53,208 nucleotides of DNA from Octopus bimaculoides (taxonomy: Eukaryota), in contig NC_068996.1 in assembly GCF_001194135.2 (NCBI RefSeq), positions 2,745,017 to 2,798,224 of the forward strand, in the 5' to 3' direction. The position numbers and the translations under genes are program-made. Every line of letters begins with the position of its first letter. The stretch's first letter is position 1. Under the pieces are notes generated by a model. The model did not search any database. It saw only the letters and a program-made list of their open reading frames with translations, and was not told where the DNA came from. Shown in pieces: positions 38,002 to 51,316 of this stretch.

Positions 38002-38899
38002 TTTAAGGAATGGACCTTCCTTGAATTTCTGCACAAACACCTTTCTTATTTTGCTTCCTTAGTGAAAGTCATACTTGCACAAATGTATCTTAATTTACAT
38101 TTTAATTATATAACAATGTTTATTGTTTATATTAAGAAAATTTAGATAACATATTTTACAAAATTCCTATTATTATTAATTTTTTTTCACAACTTAAACC
38201 CTTAACCTTCACTTTAAAAAAAAACTGTTGTTTTAATCCTATTAAAATTTATTNNNNNNNNNNNNNNNNNNNNNNNNNNNNNNNNNNNNNNNNNNNNNNN
38301 NNNNNNNNNNNNNNNNNNNNNNNNNNNNNNNNNNNNNNNNNNNNNNNNNNNNNNNNNNNNNNNNNNNNNNNNNNNNNNNNNNNNNNNNNNNNNNNNNNNN
38401 NNNNNNNNNNNNNNNNNNNNNNNNNNNNNNNNNNNNNNNNNNNNNNNNNNNNNNNNNNNNNNNNNNNNNNNNNNNNNNNNNNNNNNNNNNNNNNNNNNNN
38501 NNNNNNNNNNNNNNNNNNNNNNNNNNNNNNNNNNNNNNNNNNNNNNNNNNNNNNNNNNNNNNNNNNNNNNNNNNNNNNNNNNNNNNNNNNNNNNNNNNNN
38601 NNNNNNNNNNNNNNNNNNNNNNNNNNNNNNNNNNNNNNNNNNNNNNNNNNNAGTCATCTCCTGTTTAATTAATAAAATTGGAAATTTCAATTAATTCAAG
38701 TGTTGATTTGTTTTTATTATCATTTTTTATTTATCATTTTCATCATTATTTTCACAAAAATGGAAATATTGAGTACTTTTTGACAAACAATATACAAAAG
38801 GAGAGAGTGAAGCAGGTGAAAAAATTCCAAAACTACAAATAAAATTCTGATTTAACTTGAAATTCAATGTAAAAAGGCATATGTGAAAATATTTTAAAA

Positions 38900-39555
38900 A
38901 TATATATGGCCGATGGCAGTGTTGCATGTCCAGCCCATTTAAAAGTACCCTTGATATGTTGGGTGATATGATATGCTTGAGAAGCCCTGTTGAGTCAAGT
39001 AAAACCAAAACCACAGCTGTGGCCAGTGCCCCCTGACTGGCTCCCATTGTGGTGGCACATAAAATCCATCATTCGAATGTGGTTGATGCCAGTGCCCCTT
39101 GACTGGCTCCTGTGCCGATGGCACATAAAAGCACCATCTGAACATGGCCAATACCAGTGCCCCCTGACTGGCTCCTGTGCCAGTGGCACGTAGAAGGCAC
39201 TATCCGAATGTGATTGATACCAGGGCCACCTGACTGGTTCCTGCGCCAGTAACATGTAAAAAGCACCATTTGAATGTGGCTGATGTCAGTGCCCCTTGAC
39301 TGGCTCCTGTGTTGGTGGCATGTAAAAAGCACTATCCGAACGTGATCAATTCCAGGCATGCTTGACTGGCACCTGTACCAGTGGCATGTAAAAAGCATGC
39401 TCTACACTCTTGGAGTGGTTGGTGTTAGGAAGGGCATCTAGCTGTAGAAACTTTGCCAGATCAGAATGGAGCCTGGTGCAGCTACTGGCTTTCCAGACCT
39501 CAGTCAAACTGTACAACCCATGCCAGCATGGCAGACCTTTGTTAAACGATGATGA
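38900..39555 (+). mobile_element. RTE-family 3' UTR fragment with an expanded 66-bp array
   Basis: Similar to 12640-12975 and to the reverse complement of 28482-28850; ends gttaaacgatgatgatg. Confidence 0.8.
39021..39400 (+). repeat. Tandem array of six about 66-bp units
   Basis: Unit starts at 39026, 39092, 39157, 39223, 39289 and 39355. Confidence 0.9.
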
Positions 39556-39571
39556 TGTACATTATGTAGAG

Positions 39572-39717
39572 AGGAGCAAAGCATGGTGTTGTGGTAAGAA
39601 ACTTGGTTCCCAACCTCATGGTTTTAGGTTCGGTCTTACTGTTGTGGTATCTTGAGCAAGTGTCTTCTACAGTCCCAAGCCAACAAAAGACTTATGAATA
39701 AATTTGGTAGATGGAAA

Positions 39718-39720
<3 letters not shown>
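39572..39720 (+). mobile_element. SINE family A, degenerate 5' half
   Basis: gcatggtgttgtggtaag...ggttcggtc...gcaagtgtcttctac...gatggaaactg followed by (TA)n. Confidence 0.65.
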
Positions 39721-39754
<34 letters not shown>

Positions 39755-40149
39755 GTATAGAGTGTTAGGTGTAGTTCCCCAAGAGTGATGGTGATTCTCT
39801 GATATTGCTACTTGAGTGACAGTGGCTCATTGCTTGGAATACTTGAGTGGTTATTGCCATTTTGGTGATGGTGATTTACTGATAGTACTGCTCAATTGAT
39901 GGTAACTCTAATAGTTCCATTTATGTTGATTCTATGATATTAAGCAATGTTGATTTTCTCATAATGTCACAGGGGAGAAATTGATTAATATAGTAGTGTC
40001 ACATCATTGTGATCTCCATGGAAATCATGGTCTTATATCACTGTTATAATACAATGAAAGTTCTCTGTTGTATTAACAAAGACAAAACATTAAATTTATT
40101 TCACAAAGGAGATATTTGGAGATTTGCTGTGCTTAAGAAGATGTGTCAG

Positions 40150-40290
40150 ACTTTGTGGAGTGGTTAGCATTTGGAAAGGCATCAAGCTTTAGTAACCAAA
40201 CCAAAATCCGACTGGAGCCTGGTACAGCTCTTTGGCTTACCAGTTCCACTCAAACCTTCCAACTCATGCCAGCATGGAAAAGAGATGCTA
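40150..40290 (+). mobile_element. RTE-family 3' end fragment
   Basis: ggagtggttagcatttggaaaggcatc...catgccagcatggaaaa...aaatgatgatgatg. Confidence 0.65.
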
Positions 40291-42886
40291 AATGATGATG
40301 ATGATGATTTTCCCTTGTCTCTTGCACTCCAAATTGAACCAATTTTTATTTTGCTCTTCGGTCCCTTGTTTTACATGATCTTCTAAGAAAAAAAAAAGAA
40401 AGAAACGCAAATCTCTCTCAAGTTACAACTTACTATCATAGAAGCAAACTCCTTAAATAATGTGTCTTGAGTCCTGAGTGCTCTTTTTACCTGAGAAATA
40501 AATGGAACGATCATGTTGGAATAGCTTTTTTATGGGTGTGTTCAATCAGAACATTTTTGTGGGGAGCAATGTGAGGGCAAGAAACAGTTGCTGGCAATTG
40601 AGAAATATTACTAACATGAATTAGCAAAGCAAAGTTTTATGATGTCAGTCAGCTTGTTCATTGCGAAAATCTCTCAGCCATCTTTAAAATGTGTACCATA
40701 TGTTTGAAGTTTCAAGATATATGAAGTCAAATAATAAATATAGAATGGTTAAATGGTAAGCAAAAATTTACGCTTGGAAGAATTTCCAAGAATCCAAGAT
40801 ATAAATACTGATCAGCATGGCACAAATCAGTGTGGAAACATATACTACCTCACAGACAACTTAGGAAGTGACTTTATTTGCTATGTAGGAAGGAGCTGAC
40901 TAAGAACTCATGCTTGTGTATTCAATATGAATAGTAGTGTACATCAAATTTATAGTGTTATCTTTAGCCATCTCAAACGTGGGCCCCTGATTTTAACTTT
41001 ATCCTCCATCTGGGATCCTGAGCAAAATAAATAAATGCTTGCACACACAGCTCAAGAGTAATGATTGGAGGAAAACCAATGGACAGAATCACAAAATTAT
41101 TCAGGAGAATAACAACAATAGGTCTACCACACTGAATTTCTTCCCCCACATCGCCACTTTTCTCACCACTTTCTCTAGCTTCTTGTCCAAATTACTTTCA
41201 CTATCTGAAACTGAAAGTAAACTTGTTGAAATTTTTACTCACCTTTATCCAAAGAATAAATATTGTCAATAATTTCCTCAATTGTAAAGAGTCTAGGCCT
41301 TGCTCGTTTACCAGACTAGATTCATCACATACTCATTTCATTACAATTATTTTTTATTAAAAAAACGGAAGAAAACAACAGCTATGGAAGATACTATTAA
41401 TGAGTCTTGAACACACTTAACGACAAAGCTACAATATGATCAATTGTCTATCTTTAGTGTTTTGTCTTTTTTTTTCTGTTTGTTGTTCATCATTATTTTA
41501 ACATGAATCCAGTAACGATTATATTTAGGCTATTCCTGTTGTACCAGAAACACCGCATGATAGGATAAGTCTGATGTTTGTATCAGTAGAAATGGCAATG
41601 ATATGAAGTATTTGAATTGCTCTGGGAGTAGGTACAATGAAAGTTTCATTGTTAAAGACACTTGGTTGTGGAAAGGTGAGACCTATGGACTTTGCAGAAC
41701 TTTCCATGCTGGAGGTAGAGACTTCTATGTGGAGATAGAGGCTGCAACCATGATTCAGAAGTTGCTACAATGTGAAGTAATATTCAAGAACATATATGAT
41801 CCTCTGAGCAGGCATGTGGTCCATCTACCTGCATCAGATTACACTCCATTAAAGGTACCCAAGGGCTAAATGGGGATATTGAACTAGGGGACATTTGGTT
41901 TACCACACATAATAAGACATGGATGATGAAAGTGAAATATAAGAAGATGACGATGATTATCATCTGTTGGATATATATTATTAACTTTCATGAAAGCCAG
42001 CTCACAAGATATAAGAACATTTAAATATTCAAAACTACTGAAGTACATAGGAGAGGTGTCAGTGTGTACTTTATTTAAGTGAATAACTGTGGAAGGAAAA
42101 AATAACATGTTCTGCTGGTGGAGGGTACTGGAAAAAGAGGATAAAAGGGTGAGGTTCAGATTTAGGGATTTTGGGGCCTCTAGGAAAGATAATAGAAAAT
42201 TAATATGAATGAAATTGTCCTTGATATCAGCCCTTCCTTGGCTAGAAAGAAAAAAGAAGAAGGTATTTCTGTATTGTTATAATAGTAATTACAGCTATAG
42301 TGTCAATGTGGGTATACAGATGTCTGTTATTCCTTCAATGATTCTTATGCTCCTTGTCAATACATATTATATATCTGCTTAAAATAAGCTGATCAGGAAT
42401 TCTCAACAATGACAAGTTTCCTTCAGCTTAGCATCTATTTCAATATTTTATCCATGGAACAAATTCTGAGAGTTTCATTTTGACACAGAGCTGAGCAAAT
42501 ATATCGCATATGAAATTTGTTACATTTTGTTCACCCCAAAAAGTGACCAGCAACGTAAAGTCAGGATATAATCGTTGTTGTTGATTGCGATGATAACACG
42601 TAATCATGTAGACCGATAGACACTGCATATACATATGTTTCTAACACTTCAAAAACATTAAGCTTGATCAATTTTGATTGAACAAATTAAAGTAAATAGA
42701 AATAATTATAGTTTGTAATGTTGATTTTCTTCTTTGAGCAGGGTAGAGTATATTCTATGTACATATATAATGTGTGTGTGTGTATGTGTGTGTGTGCACG
42801 AAAGTACTTTCAAAGGTTTTAACACTATTAGAACTAAGTATCATTACTGTATTTGTCATACAAAAATGTTAACATCTTAGCACTCA

Positions 42887-42934
<48 letters not shown>

Positions 42935-43066
42935 NNNNNNNNNNCTCTCTCTCTCTCTCTCTCTTTCTCTCTCTTTTTCTCTCTCTCTCTCTCTTTCTCT
43001 CTCTCACTCTCAAATATATAAAACGTGTGTGTATGTGGGTGTATATATATAACGTATTTATAGACA

Positions 43067-43103
<37 letters not shown>

Positions 43104-43235
43104 GTATATACACATGCATATATGTGTATGTNNNNNNNNNNNNNNNNNNNNNNNNNNNNNNNNNNNNNNNNNNNNNNNNNNNNNNNNNNNNNNNNNNNNN
43201 NNNNNNNNNNNNNNNNNNNNNNNNNNNNNNNNNNN

Positions 43236-43273
<38 letters not shown>

Positions 43274-44180
43274 GTATGTATGTGCTTGTGTGTGTTTATT
43301 TGCAGTTTTTCTCAATTTTAGACCCAGTTCCATGAATACTTCTTCAGAGTAATCTCCTGGCTCTATTTATAGTGTTTATTTAGGATTTACGGCATCAAGC
43401 AAGTTGTAATCCTCATATTCTGCACAGAAGTTCCTACAGCATTTCCATTAGTTTCAACATTTTGATTTATTATAAATGGACATCCATTTCTGCCAACCTA
43501 GTCAAAGAATCTTCTGATATAAAGTTCTTCTAAAACACTATAGCCAGCTATATTGACCATAAGCATAGCATCCCGAAAGGTTTTAACTCACTCAGAAAAA
43601 TAATCTTACCAGATTAAGCCAAATTGTCTGTTATGGAAATTTAAGAGCCAAATGGAAGCAACAATATATATTTAATTTTGGATGTATAAGTAAATACATG
43701 GAAATGGAATCTCAAGCATATTTTCCAATATTGAACAAGAGATGCAAGACAATGCTGCCACAACTATGGAGAACAACAAATTGCCATGTTGTCTTAGTTA
43801 TTGCTATTTGAGAGACTTAGTTAATTTTAATCTTCCATCTTTACATATATATTATATAGACTGGTTGTGTAATGTGACATGTATCAGAACACACTGATTA
43901 TGTAATGTGAATTAGCATTATAAAACTGGATTGTATAATGAGAAAGACCATTATAAAATTGATTTTGTATAATTTAATGTATGTAGACTGCTGGTATAAT
44001 TTATTGGAATTATTAGTATGGGACTAATAGTTTAATGTGAGATCAGTTTAAATGTAAAAACTGGTTTGTATAATGTAAGATATTTCATAAACATGTAAGA
44101 CATTAATTAATGTAGAAATAGTTGTTCAATGTATGACATTAGTTTATATTTGTGAAAGAAATCTCTGTATCAAATTGGTC

Positions 44181-44236
44181 TATAGCCAACTATACATGAT
44201 GACCAGAGTATAGCCAACTATACATGATGACCAGAG
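44181..44236 (+). repeat. Exact 28-bp tandem duplication (tatagccaactatacatgatgaccagag x2)
   Basis: Directly visible. Confidence 0.9.
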
Positions 44237-45020
44237 ATGGAGTTCTTTTAGTCTTAGACTAAAAGAGCTTCATCTGTGGTTATCATCTCTTTTTCTCTCC
44301 TTTTTTCTTCTTTCTTCTTTTTGTACATCTAAGACTACATTATTTAAGATATTGTTCCTGTTTTAAGATGGTAGACATTAATTAAAGATAATCTGGCTGC
44401 AATTTCCTGCAGCTTGTAGAGACTTCTTCATTAGCTTGTATTATCATTACCATAATCCTCATTTTAATGACTGCTTTCCTGTGTGGGTATGGATTGGACA
44501 TTTTGATGCATTTCCTTAAGGCTGGTTGCCCTTCCTAACACCAACTATTTTATAATCACTTCTTAAACATATAGAGATCTGGTATACCATTACTAAAATC
44601 TTGTATATATACTGTATACTCTGTATACTCTTATTGTTAATAAAATATTGGTGTTAACTCCATTTGCATGTCTCCTCAGCCCAACCTCTAATCCATAGAC
44701 AAGCTGTTTCATCTTGCTTCCTTTTCCCATTCTATTGCAGTATGGCATCTGCTCCTCAGAGATGCTAAATTTTATGTCCTCCACCCCCACCCACCCAAGT
44801 ATAGATACTCCCAAACGATTTGTTTTCTATTCCTCTCATTACCCATATTGCTGCACTTATCCCCTGGCCCAACAGCTTGCTTCCCCAGTATGCTGGTCCT
44901 TTAGAATCTTCTCCCTCATTACATGTTTTTTACTGTAACTATTCAAGAAAGATGATAATGGCATCAATCTCTCTAGTCTCAGATGACCTGCAAAAGCTAT
45001 GGGGATTACATGAAAAAACT

Positions 45021-45057
<37 letters not shown>

Positions 45058-45917
45058 ACCACTATTATATACTTGGCTCAAAGCTTAGGTCATGTAATTT
45101 CAAATTAATTATGCTCAGCAAGATGCACCTCAGGTTCACCTAAGAAAATGATGAATTTCTGATTGGTTAAACAAATAGATTGTAAATGTACAGTTAGCTA
45201 ATAACGAGCATGAAGATTGATGCTTTCATCCTTGGTAATATATCTGTTATATAACCCCGTAAAACTTTGACAAGCAGGCTATTTCATTTCCAGCTATACA
45301 ACTAGCTCTCACTACAACATAACTCTTTTTTTTATACAAATTTTTTAAAAACTGATTCTCAGAGTGAGTGCATAATTTAGCAATTTCTTCTCACAAATCT
45401 TGTCACTGAAGTCTTCAAATTTATTTTCATGATGAATTTTGTTGCACATTGTACTGTTTTGCAACAGAAATTTGTTTACTGTAAATCAAACCGGTCAGTT
45501 TGCTCTCCACTTAATGGCTGGAGTTCATTTTTTTCAGTTTGAGAATCACTGCACAATTCCTTAAAATTGCTAACATCCATATCAGACATAATAATATTCG
45601 ATTGATTATAATGTAAAAGATTCCTTTCCAAGCTTGCACTATTTCAGTTTTCAAACCTTTCAACATCATTAAAATTCATTTGGATGAGAAATATGTGTGA
45701 ATTTAAAATGAAAATATCCAGAAAGTGAGGTGGATACAGGAACACATCTTTTACAAGTAATTAAGCCTCATTTTCATTGGTTGAATTAATGACAAATTCA
45801 TTGAGATGTTCTGATTCAGTTAATCACAACTGTTGTCAGTCTCCAACTTTGAGTGCATACTAGCAATATATATGCTGTGTAGGATATTTCAAAAATTAAA
45901 AAATAACAATGTTTTTA

Positions 45918-46351
45918 TCCGTATATCTATAAAAGGCAAGATGTGTGTGTGTGTAGGTGAATGTAATTTATGCACGTCCACAAATTAGCACGCATGTCAC
46001 TCCAATTTTAGGAGGACATTCGTCATGACCCTATCTGCAATTTCGTCAACTTTTTCTCTCAGAGGCACCCGCATATAGCTGTGAAAATCAATTTTCAACC
46101 ATAACTTTTAACAATTTTCAATTCGAAGAAATCTAGCATTGGTTACAAACAGGAGTTAAGTCCCCTTCTAGCGACGCAGACGTTTTTAAGACTTTTGCTG
46201 GGTTTTTTTCCATCGAGAAAAAAAGTGTTTTGTTGATATACGGGCAACACATACACACACACATACGAACATGTATGCATACAAAAAATATGTATGCAAT
46301 TGGTGTACGTACGTGCGTGTGTGTATGTTTGTGTGTGTGTTGCCCATATAT

Positions 46352-46390
<39 letters not shown>

Positions 46391-46698
46391 AAGAGAGAGA
46401 GAGATAGGGTGATAAATTGAATATTAATTCAATTTAAAACCAAGTGGCCGAGAATATAAAAAAATCTGAAAATTCAGAAAAAATTGTATTACACGTGCAT
46501 AAGGGATGACCACTAGGTGGACATCCAATATGCTAGAAAGAGGTCATCAACGACCCAACCACAAAGGAAAATAATGTTCTCCAGAAAAATTTCACAAAGT
46601 GCCAGAACAGGACAAAATGAGAAATATACAGAATAAAGAATTATCTATGGACTGCTGCAGTTTCGAACATTAACGTTTTACTTACGTAACATCCATGT

Positions 46699-46731
<33 letters not shown>

Positions 46732-47289
46732 NNNNNNNNNNCAATGTAATTTATTCCTATGTCAACATTTCTGTATAAAGCTATATTTGACCGTCAAGTT
46801 TAAGTCAAACATATAAGTTGCCATACACGTCTACAGGGAATAATCTTTTAGAACAAACAAACTATCAAAATTTGGAGATCAATACCGTATTTCTAAATTT
46901 CTTCCATATTTAAGTTTACTGTTAAATGGCTCATTTATATTTCTGTCCCTTTCAAAACTAACGGTAAATTTAAATATGGAAGATCCTAGAAATACGGTAT
47001 TGCTCTCCAAATTTTGATTTTTTGTTTGATTTATTTATTTGTTTGTTTGTTCTAAAAGATTATTCCCCGAAGACATGTATGGAAACTTATATGTTTGACT
47101 TAAACTTGACAGTCAAATATAGCTTTATACAGAAATATTGATATGGATAGCATCAAATCTCTTTCTTAAATGTAAAAATTTAAAACTTTGGATATATAAA
47201 CAAGGAGAACGATCCCTAAAGAGTCTAATTTAGATTTTTTGAGGTGAAATCTCCTGCTATATTGGTAACGATTACAGAGTTTACTTTGA

Positions 47290-47327
<38 letters not shown>

Positions 47328-47621
47328 CTTCAGACTTAGTTGTGATCTGAACATAACTGCTTCTGACACAGAGAATTGGGAGCCCTTTTGGGCATTCTAT
47401 TTTCCTTAGAGGGGTTAGATGATGGCGGTGGTGTTTTCAAAGGGCTGGCATGTGTAACCTGATCACCTCTGCCGATCAAACTCCCAACCCATGCACTCCC
47501 ATCGCGACACTGATTCTGCCCAAATTTGATGTCAATGTTACTTAGTTTGGTTTGAAATAAAGAACTTGATTAGCTTAATAATCCCAACTTAATCCCGGGC
47601 AAAGCCAGGCTATACTGCTAG
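45918..47621 (+). mobile_element. Non-autonomous Helitron-like element containing microsatellites and a nested foldback element
   Basis: 5' A|TC at 45917/45918. The 3' end reads cccgggcaaagccaggc (GC hairpin), then CTAG at 47618-47621 followed by T, fitting the A|TC...CTRR|T rule. That the two ends belong to one element is inferred. Confidence 0.6.
46757..47146. mobile_element. Foldback/palindromic MITE with about 170-185-bp inverted arms
   Basis: The left arm (about 46757-46923) is the reverse complement of the right arm (about 46959-47146) with few substitutions and one (TTTG/TTTA)n expansion; spacer about 35 nt. Confidence 0.85.
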
Positions 47622-50047
47622 TTATCTTCTAAAATTGAGCTCATGCCAGACTAAACAAAGCTGTGTGTCTGCATACATATGTATATGTGAATTTGCGTTA
47701 CTCTTGAAGGACAATTATAAAATGAGAGAAATTTGTAAGTTTAAATGAATTCAACTCCATGAGCATTTGGCGTTAATCCAGCTTATTATCCACAACAATG
47801 TACTAGACTAATCTCGCTACTAAAAACATTATATTGAATTTTAATATTTCTAAAATACATTTGTGGCTAATTTCCATTAAAAAAAAAAATGGTCCACTTC
47901 TTTTTAATTTTCCTTATTTGTTTCTTTGTTCTTTGGTTTTCTTAACAAATATGTGAAGCACTTCTAGTGCTTGCTCCTGTGTGTGAGAGGAATAGTCTGT
48001 GGTGAGTAAATATTTTTACACTTTATAATCAAAAGAATTGCACACTAATAAAAGGGAGGATTTTGATAGGAATATTAATTTATTGTTCAAAAATTATTAT
48101 AACAACAATGACAACAAAAAAGAATTTGTTCATAATCAAAATTCAATAACTAATACTGTGGCATGATTATATTATAGATTTTTAATCCTTTTATTCACAC
48201 TATTAACAAAACGTTTTTAGTAGTATGGATTCTAATTTGTACCATTTATCATGAACTGCAGTGTTGAAAGAGTCTTTGATTTTAAAAGTTCCTTCAGTTG
48301 AGCATTTTTAAAATGTTGCTTCTGAGCAGTTCCAATCAAGCAGTCTTATGACATACAGATAATCAACCAAATGTCCAGGTGCAATCCAATTATCTGTTTC
48401 CTTTTAGGTGAGAAATAATCACACTGCACATTCTGAACGTTCTTCCATGCAGTAATGAATTGTATCAGGTGTATTATGACAGTTTGAACATGATGCACTC
48501 TCTCTGTTTTTGTACACCCTCAAATTATAAGCAAGGTGAAAATTGCAATTATCATTCATCCGTGATTATCTTTGATCAAAGCTCTACTCAATCGGAACTA
48601 ACTGAGTCAAGTTAAGATGTTCCAAAATCTTTTTTGGTGTTGGAATGCATGAATTATATTTTTAACCACACTTTTCCACTACCTCTGGTCATGGATATTC
48701 TTAATACCAGGTCCTGACTGGTCTGGTATAGAATTTAATGATGGTGCTGCTTCCATTCAAATGTTTTATCAAGCTTGATTATTCTGGCATATTGCCCATT
48801 CCTCATCAAGACATGGATGATGCTAGCTCTCAAAGCTTTCATCTGCTTTAGAAAGGTTATGTTTTTAATCCTGCTAGGTGTCCATGCTCTCTTCTCACTG
48901 TGAGAGTCCAGTAACTAGATGGTTTAATCTCTGAGCACTCAACCATGCGCAGGTAGTACTTGATGATTTTGTTACCTGTATCATTGGCCTATGATGCAAT
49001 TAGTCCTAACTTGACAATAATACACAGATAATGTGCCTTTCTATAAATAAAAAAAATTAATATTAATAATTTGTATCAATGTTCAGTTCCTTTGAAATAT
49101 TTCTTTAAATCTGGTCTTTTAAATTAATTCATTTTGTAATAATAGAATTGTAGATAGGTGAGTTGATTTATAGTGCAATTGTTGGATGAATTGATGAGGT
49201 ATTACTAAGGTCACATTGTGGTCCCTATTCTGTCACACAATACTGAAAAGCTTTGCTCATGCTGCAGTAATATAGGTATCTTAGTGAAATCAGCAAATTT
49301 TTTGTCTATTCCTGGCACCTGTAGTTCTTAAGGATATGGCTTTCTATGTACAATTGTAGTAATCTTCATCTCTCACACAGGAAGAAGCAGTTGCACAATA
49401 ACAGTGACAAGAGTAGATATTCTGGATTTTAGACAATATATTGATAATGAAAGGTACTTAGAGATAACATCCACATGAGAGAGAGAGAGACAGACAGACA
49501 CAGAGAGAGAGACAGAGAGAGACAGAGAGACAGAGAGAGAGAAAACGGTAAACGTTTTTGATGTTCAGCTTAACCATCTTTAGACATGTGTATGAAGGAA
49601 AAATATGGACAAGATAGTAATAGCAAGATGGTGAACATAATTTGGAGAGGAAAGCCTGGGCAAAGTGTTTAATGTAAGATCAAGGAAATGGGATAATGTA
49701 GGAGTTACAAGTGAGAAAAGTAGGTTTGGTTGGTGATGGTAAGAAATAGCTTGTCAAGAGGAGTGGAGGTCATTGTGGTGATAACAACAGAAGGAGAGAA
49801 ATATCAGAGTACCATGTTTGCAAGATATCAAGGTACCATGGTGTTTTGAAATTTGATGGTGAGTGAGGCTATTGTAAATTAGCTGTATGGCCTTCTTTGA
49901 ATATAATTTATGATGTGATTATGTGTAACAGCAGTTCTAGTATCCCAAAGTCGTGAAGAGTTTTTCAGTTTGATAACTGATTGTGGCTGAAGATTTGACA
50001 ATGTAAGGTTGCAATGGAAGACCACAAATTATGAAATCAAGTAAGTA

Positions 50048-51316
50048 TTGGGTCATCCCATAAATAATGCAGTTTTTTTACACTTCTTTTATTTTTCAAA
50101 ATTAAGATAAAGTTCATTTTTAATCTAAAATATACTCTCCTTCATTTTCTACAATACTCTTCCATCTATATGGTAGACTCGCAAGGCCCCTCTTCCAAAA
50201 TTCACTTGTCTGTGACAAAAAATACTCCTCCAGTACTGTTCTGACTTTGTCTACAGAATTCATATTTTTTTCCGTTCAAATGATTTTGAAGACTGTGGAA
50301 TAAATGATAATCTGATGGGAAAATATCCGGCGAATATGGTGGGTGGGGCATCGTTTCCCATTGAGACAGCTCAAGCCTTTGGATTGTCATCCTCGGTGTA
50401 TGTGGCCAAGTATTATCCTGATGGAAGAACACCTTTTGGCTTGAAACCTAAGATGGTCATTTTGCTTCTAGTGCTGACTTAAGCCACTCAAGATGTTTGC
50501 AGTAGATCTCCTTTGTTATCATTTGGTTTAGGTGGACGAAATGGTATCCAACCAAACAGATAGCAACGACGTACATGGGTGTAGACCTTCTTTAGTCTAG
50601 GATACCAGTGTTTCTCCTTTCCCTACCCACTGTGTTTGGCACTTGACATTTTTATAGAAAACCTATTTCTCGTCACCAGTCACTATTTGGTCCAAAAAAG
50701 GTTCATTTGTGAGAGACATGACAGCAAAAAAGAGCACACATTCACTCTCTGCCTGTGAGTAGACTCAGAAAGTTTGTGAGGAACCCATTGATCTAATTTG
50801 ATGACTTTTCCAATGGCATGCAGGTGTCGATGAATGGTTGATTGACAAAACCCTAGCTTCTCTGCTAGTTCCTCAACAGTTACGATGGGGTTTTGTCCCA
50901 TCAGGGTTTGCAGGATTCCCTTGTCGAGCTCTAGATATCTTCTAGGACGAGGTTCGTCTTCTAGGCTGTAGTTTCTGGCTCAGAATTTCTGGAACTGCCA
51001 TTGACACTGGCTTACTCGTATTGTCCAGTCTCCATATACTGCATTAATATTCCTGTGTGTGCTCCGCTGCATTGTTGTCTTTATTGAACTCATGAAGCAA
51101 AATATGCCAAATATGCTCCTTTGTCACTTCCATTATAGCTTTGAAAAAAGTAACTGTTAAAATCAAACTGCATTTTCCAAAACTTGCACTAAGAATAAGG
51201 ACAAGGTAAAATTACTACCTGCTTTTATAGCAAGTTGATGCAGGTAGTTTATCCCCTCCCCTCCGACTTCTATTTCATGCAATTGAAAAATCCACATTAT
51301 TTATGGGATGACCCAA
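50048..51316 (-). mobile_element. Full-length-size mariner element (about 1.27 kb) with disrupted transposase
   Basis: TIRs ttgggtcatcccataaataatg / cattatttatgggatgacccaa. ATG at 51133 (MEVTKEHIWHILLHEFNK), WVPHKL motif, HQDN..PH, and HPPYSPDIFPSDYHLFHSLQNHL. Frameshifted. Confidence 0.92.

Noticed and set aside
39021-39400. CRISPR-like regularly spaced repeats (period about 66 bp, palindromic)
   Set aside because: The whole unit is repeated with no unique spacers, there are no cas genes, and the array lies within a eukaryotic RTE 3' UTR that has homologous copies elsewhere in the window.
42100-42200. VRFRFRDFGASRK resembling a kinase DFG motif
   Set aside because: No HRD, VAIK or APE motifs in frame and surrounded by stops; probably chance.
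45330-45780. Possible hAT transposase C-terminal remnant (minus strand); similar complex stretches at 25400-25720 and 43350-43650
   Set aside because: No diagnostic motif could be read with confidence without a profile search.
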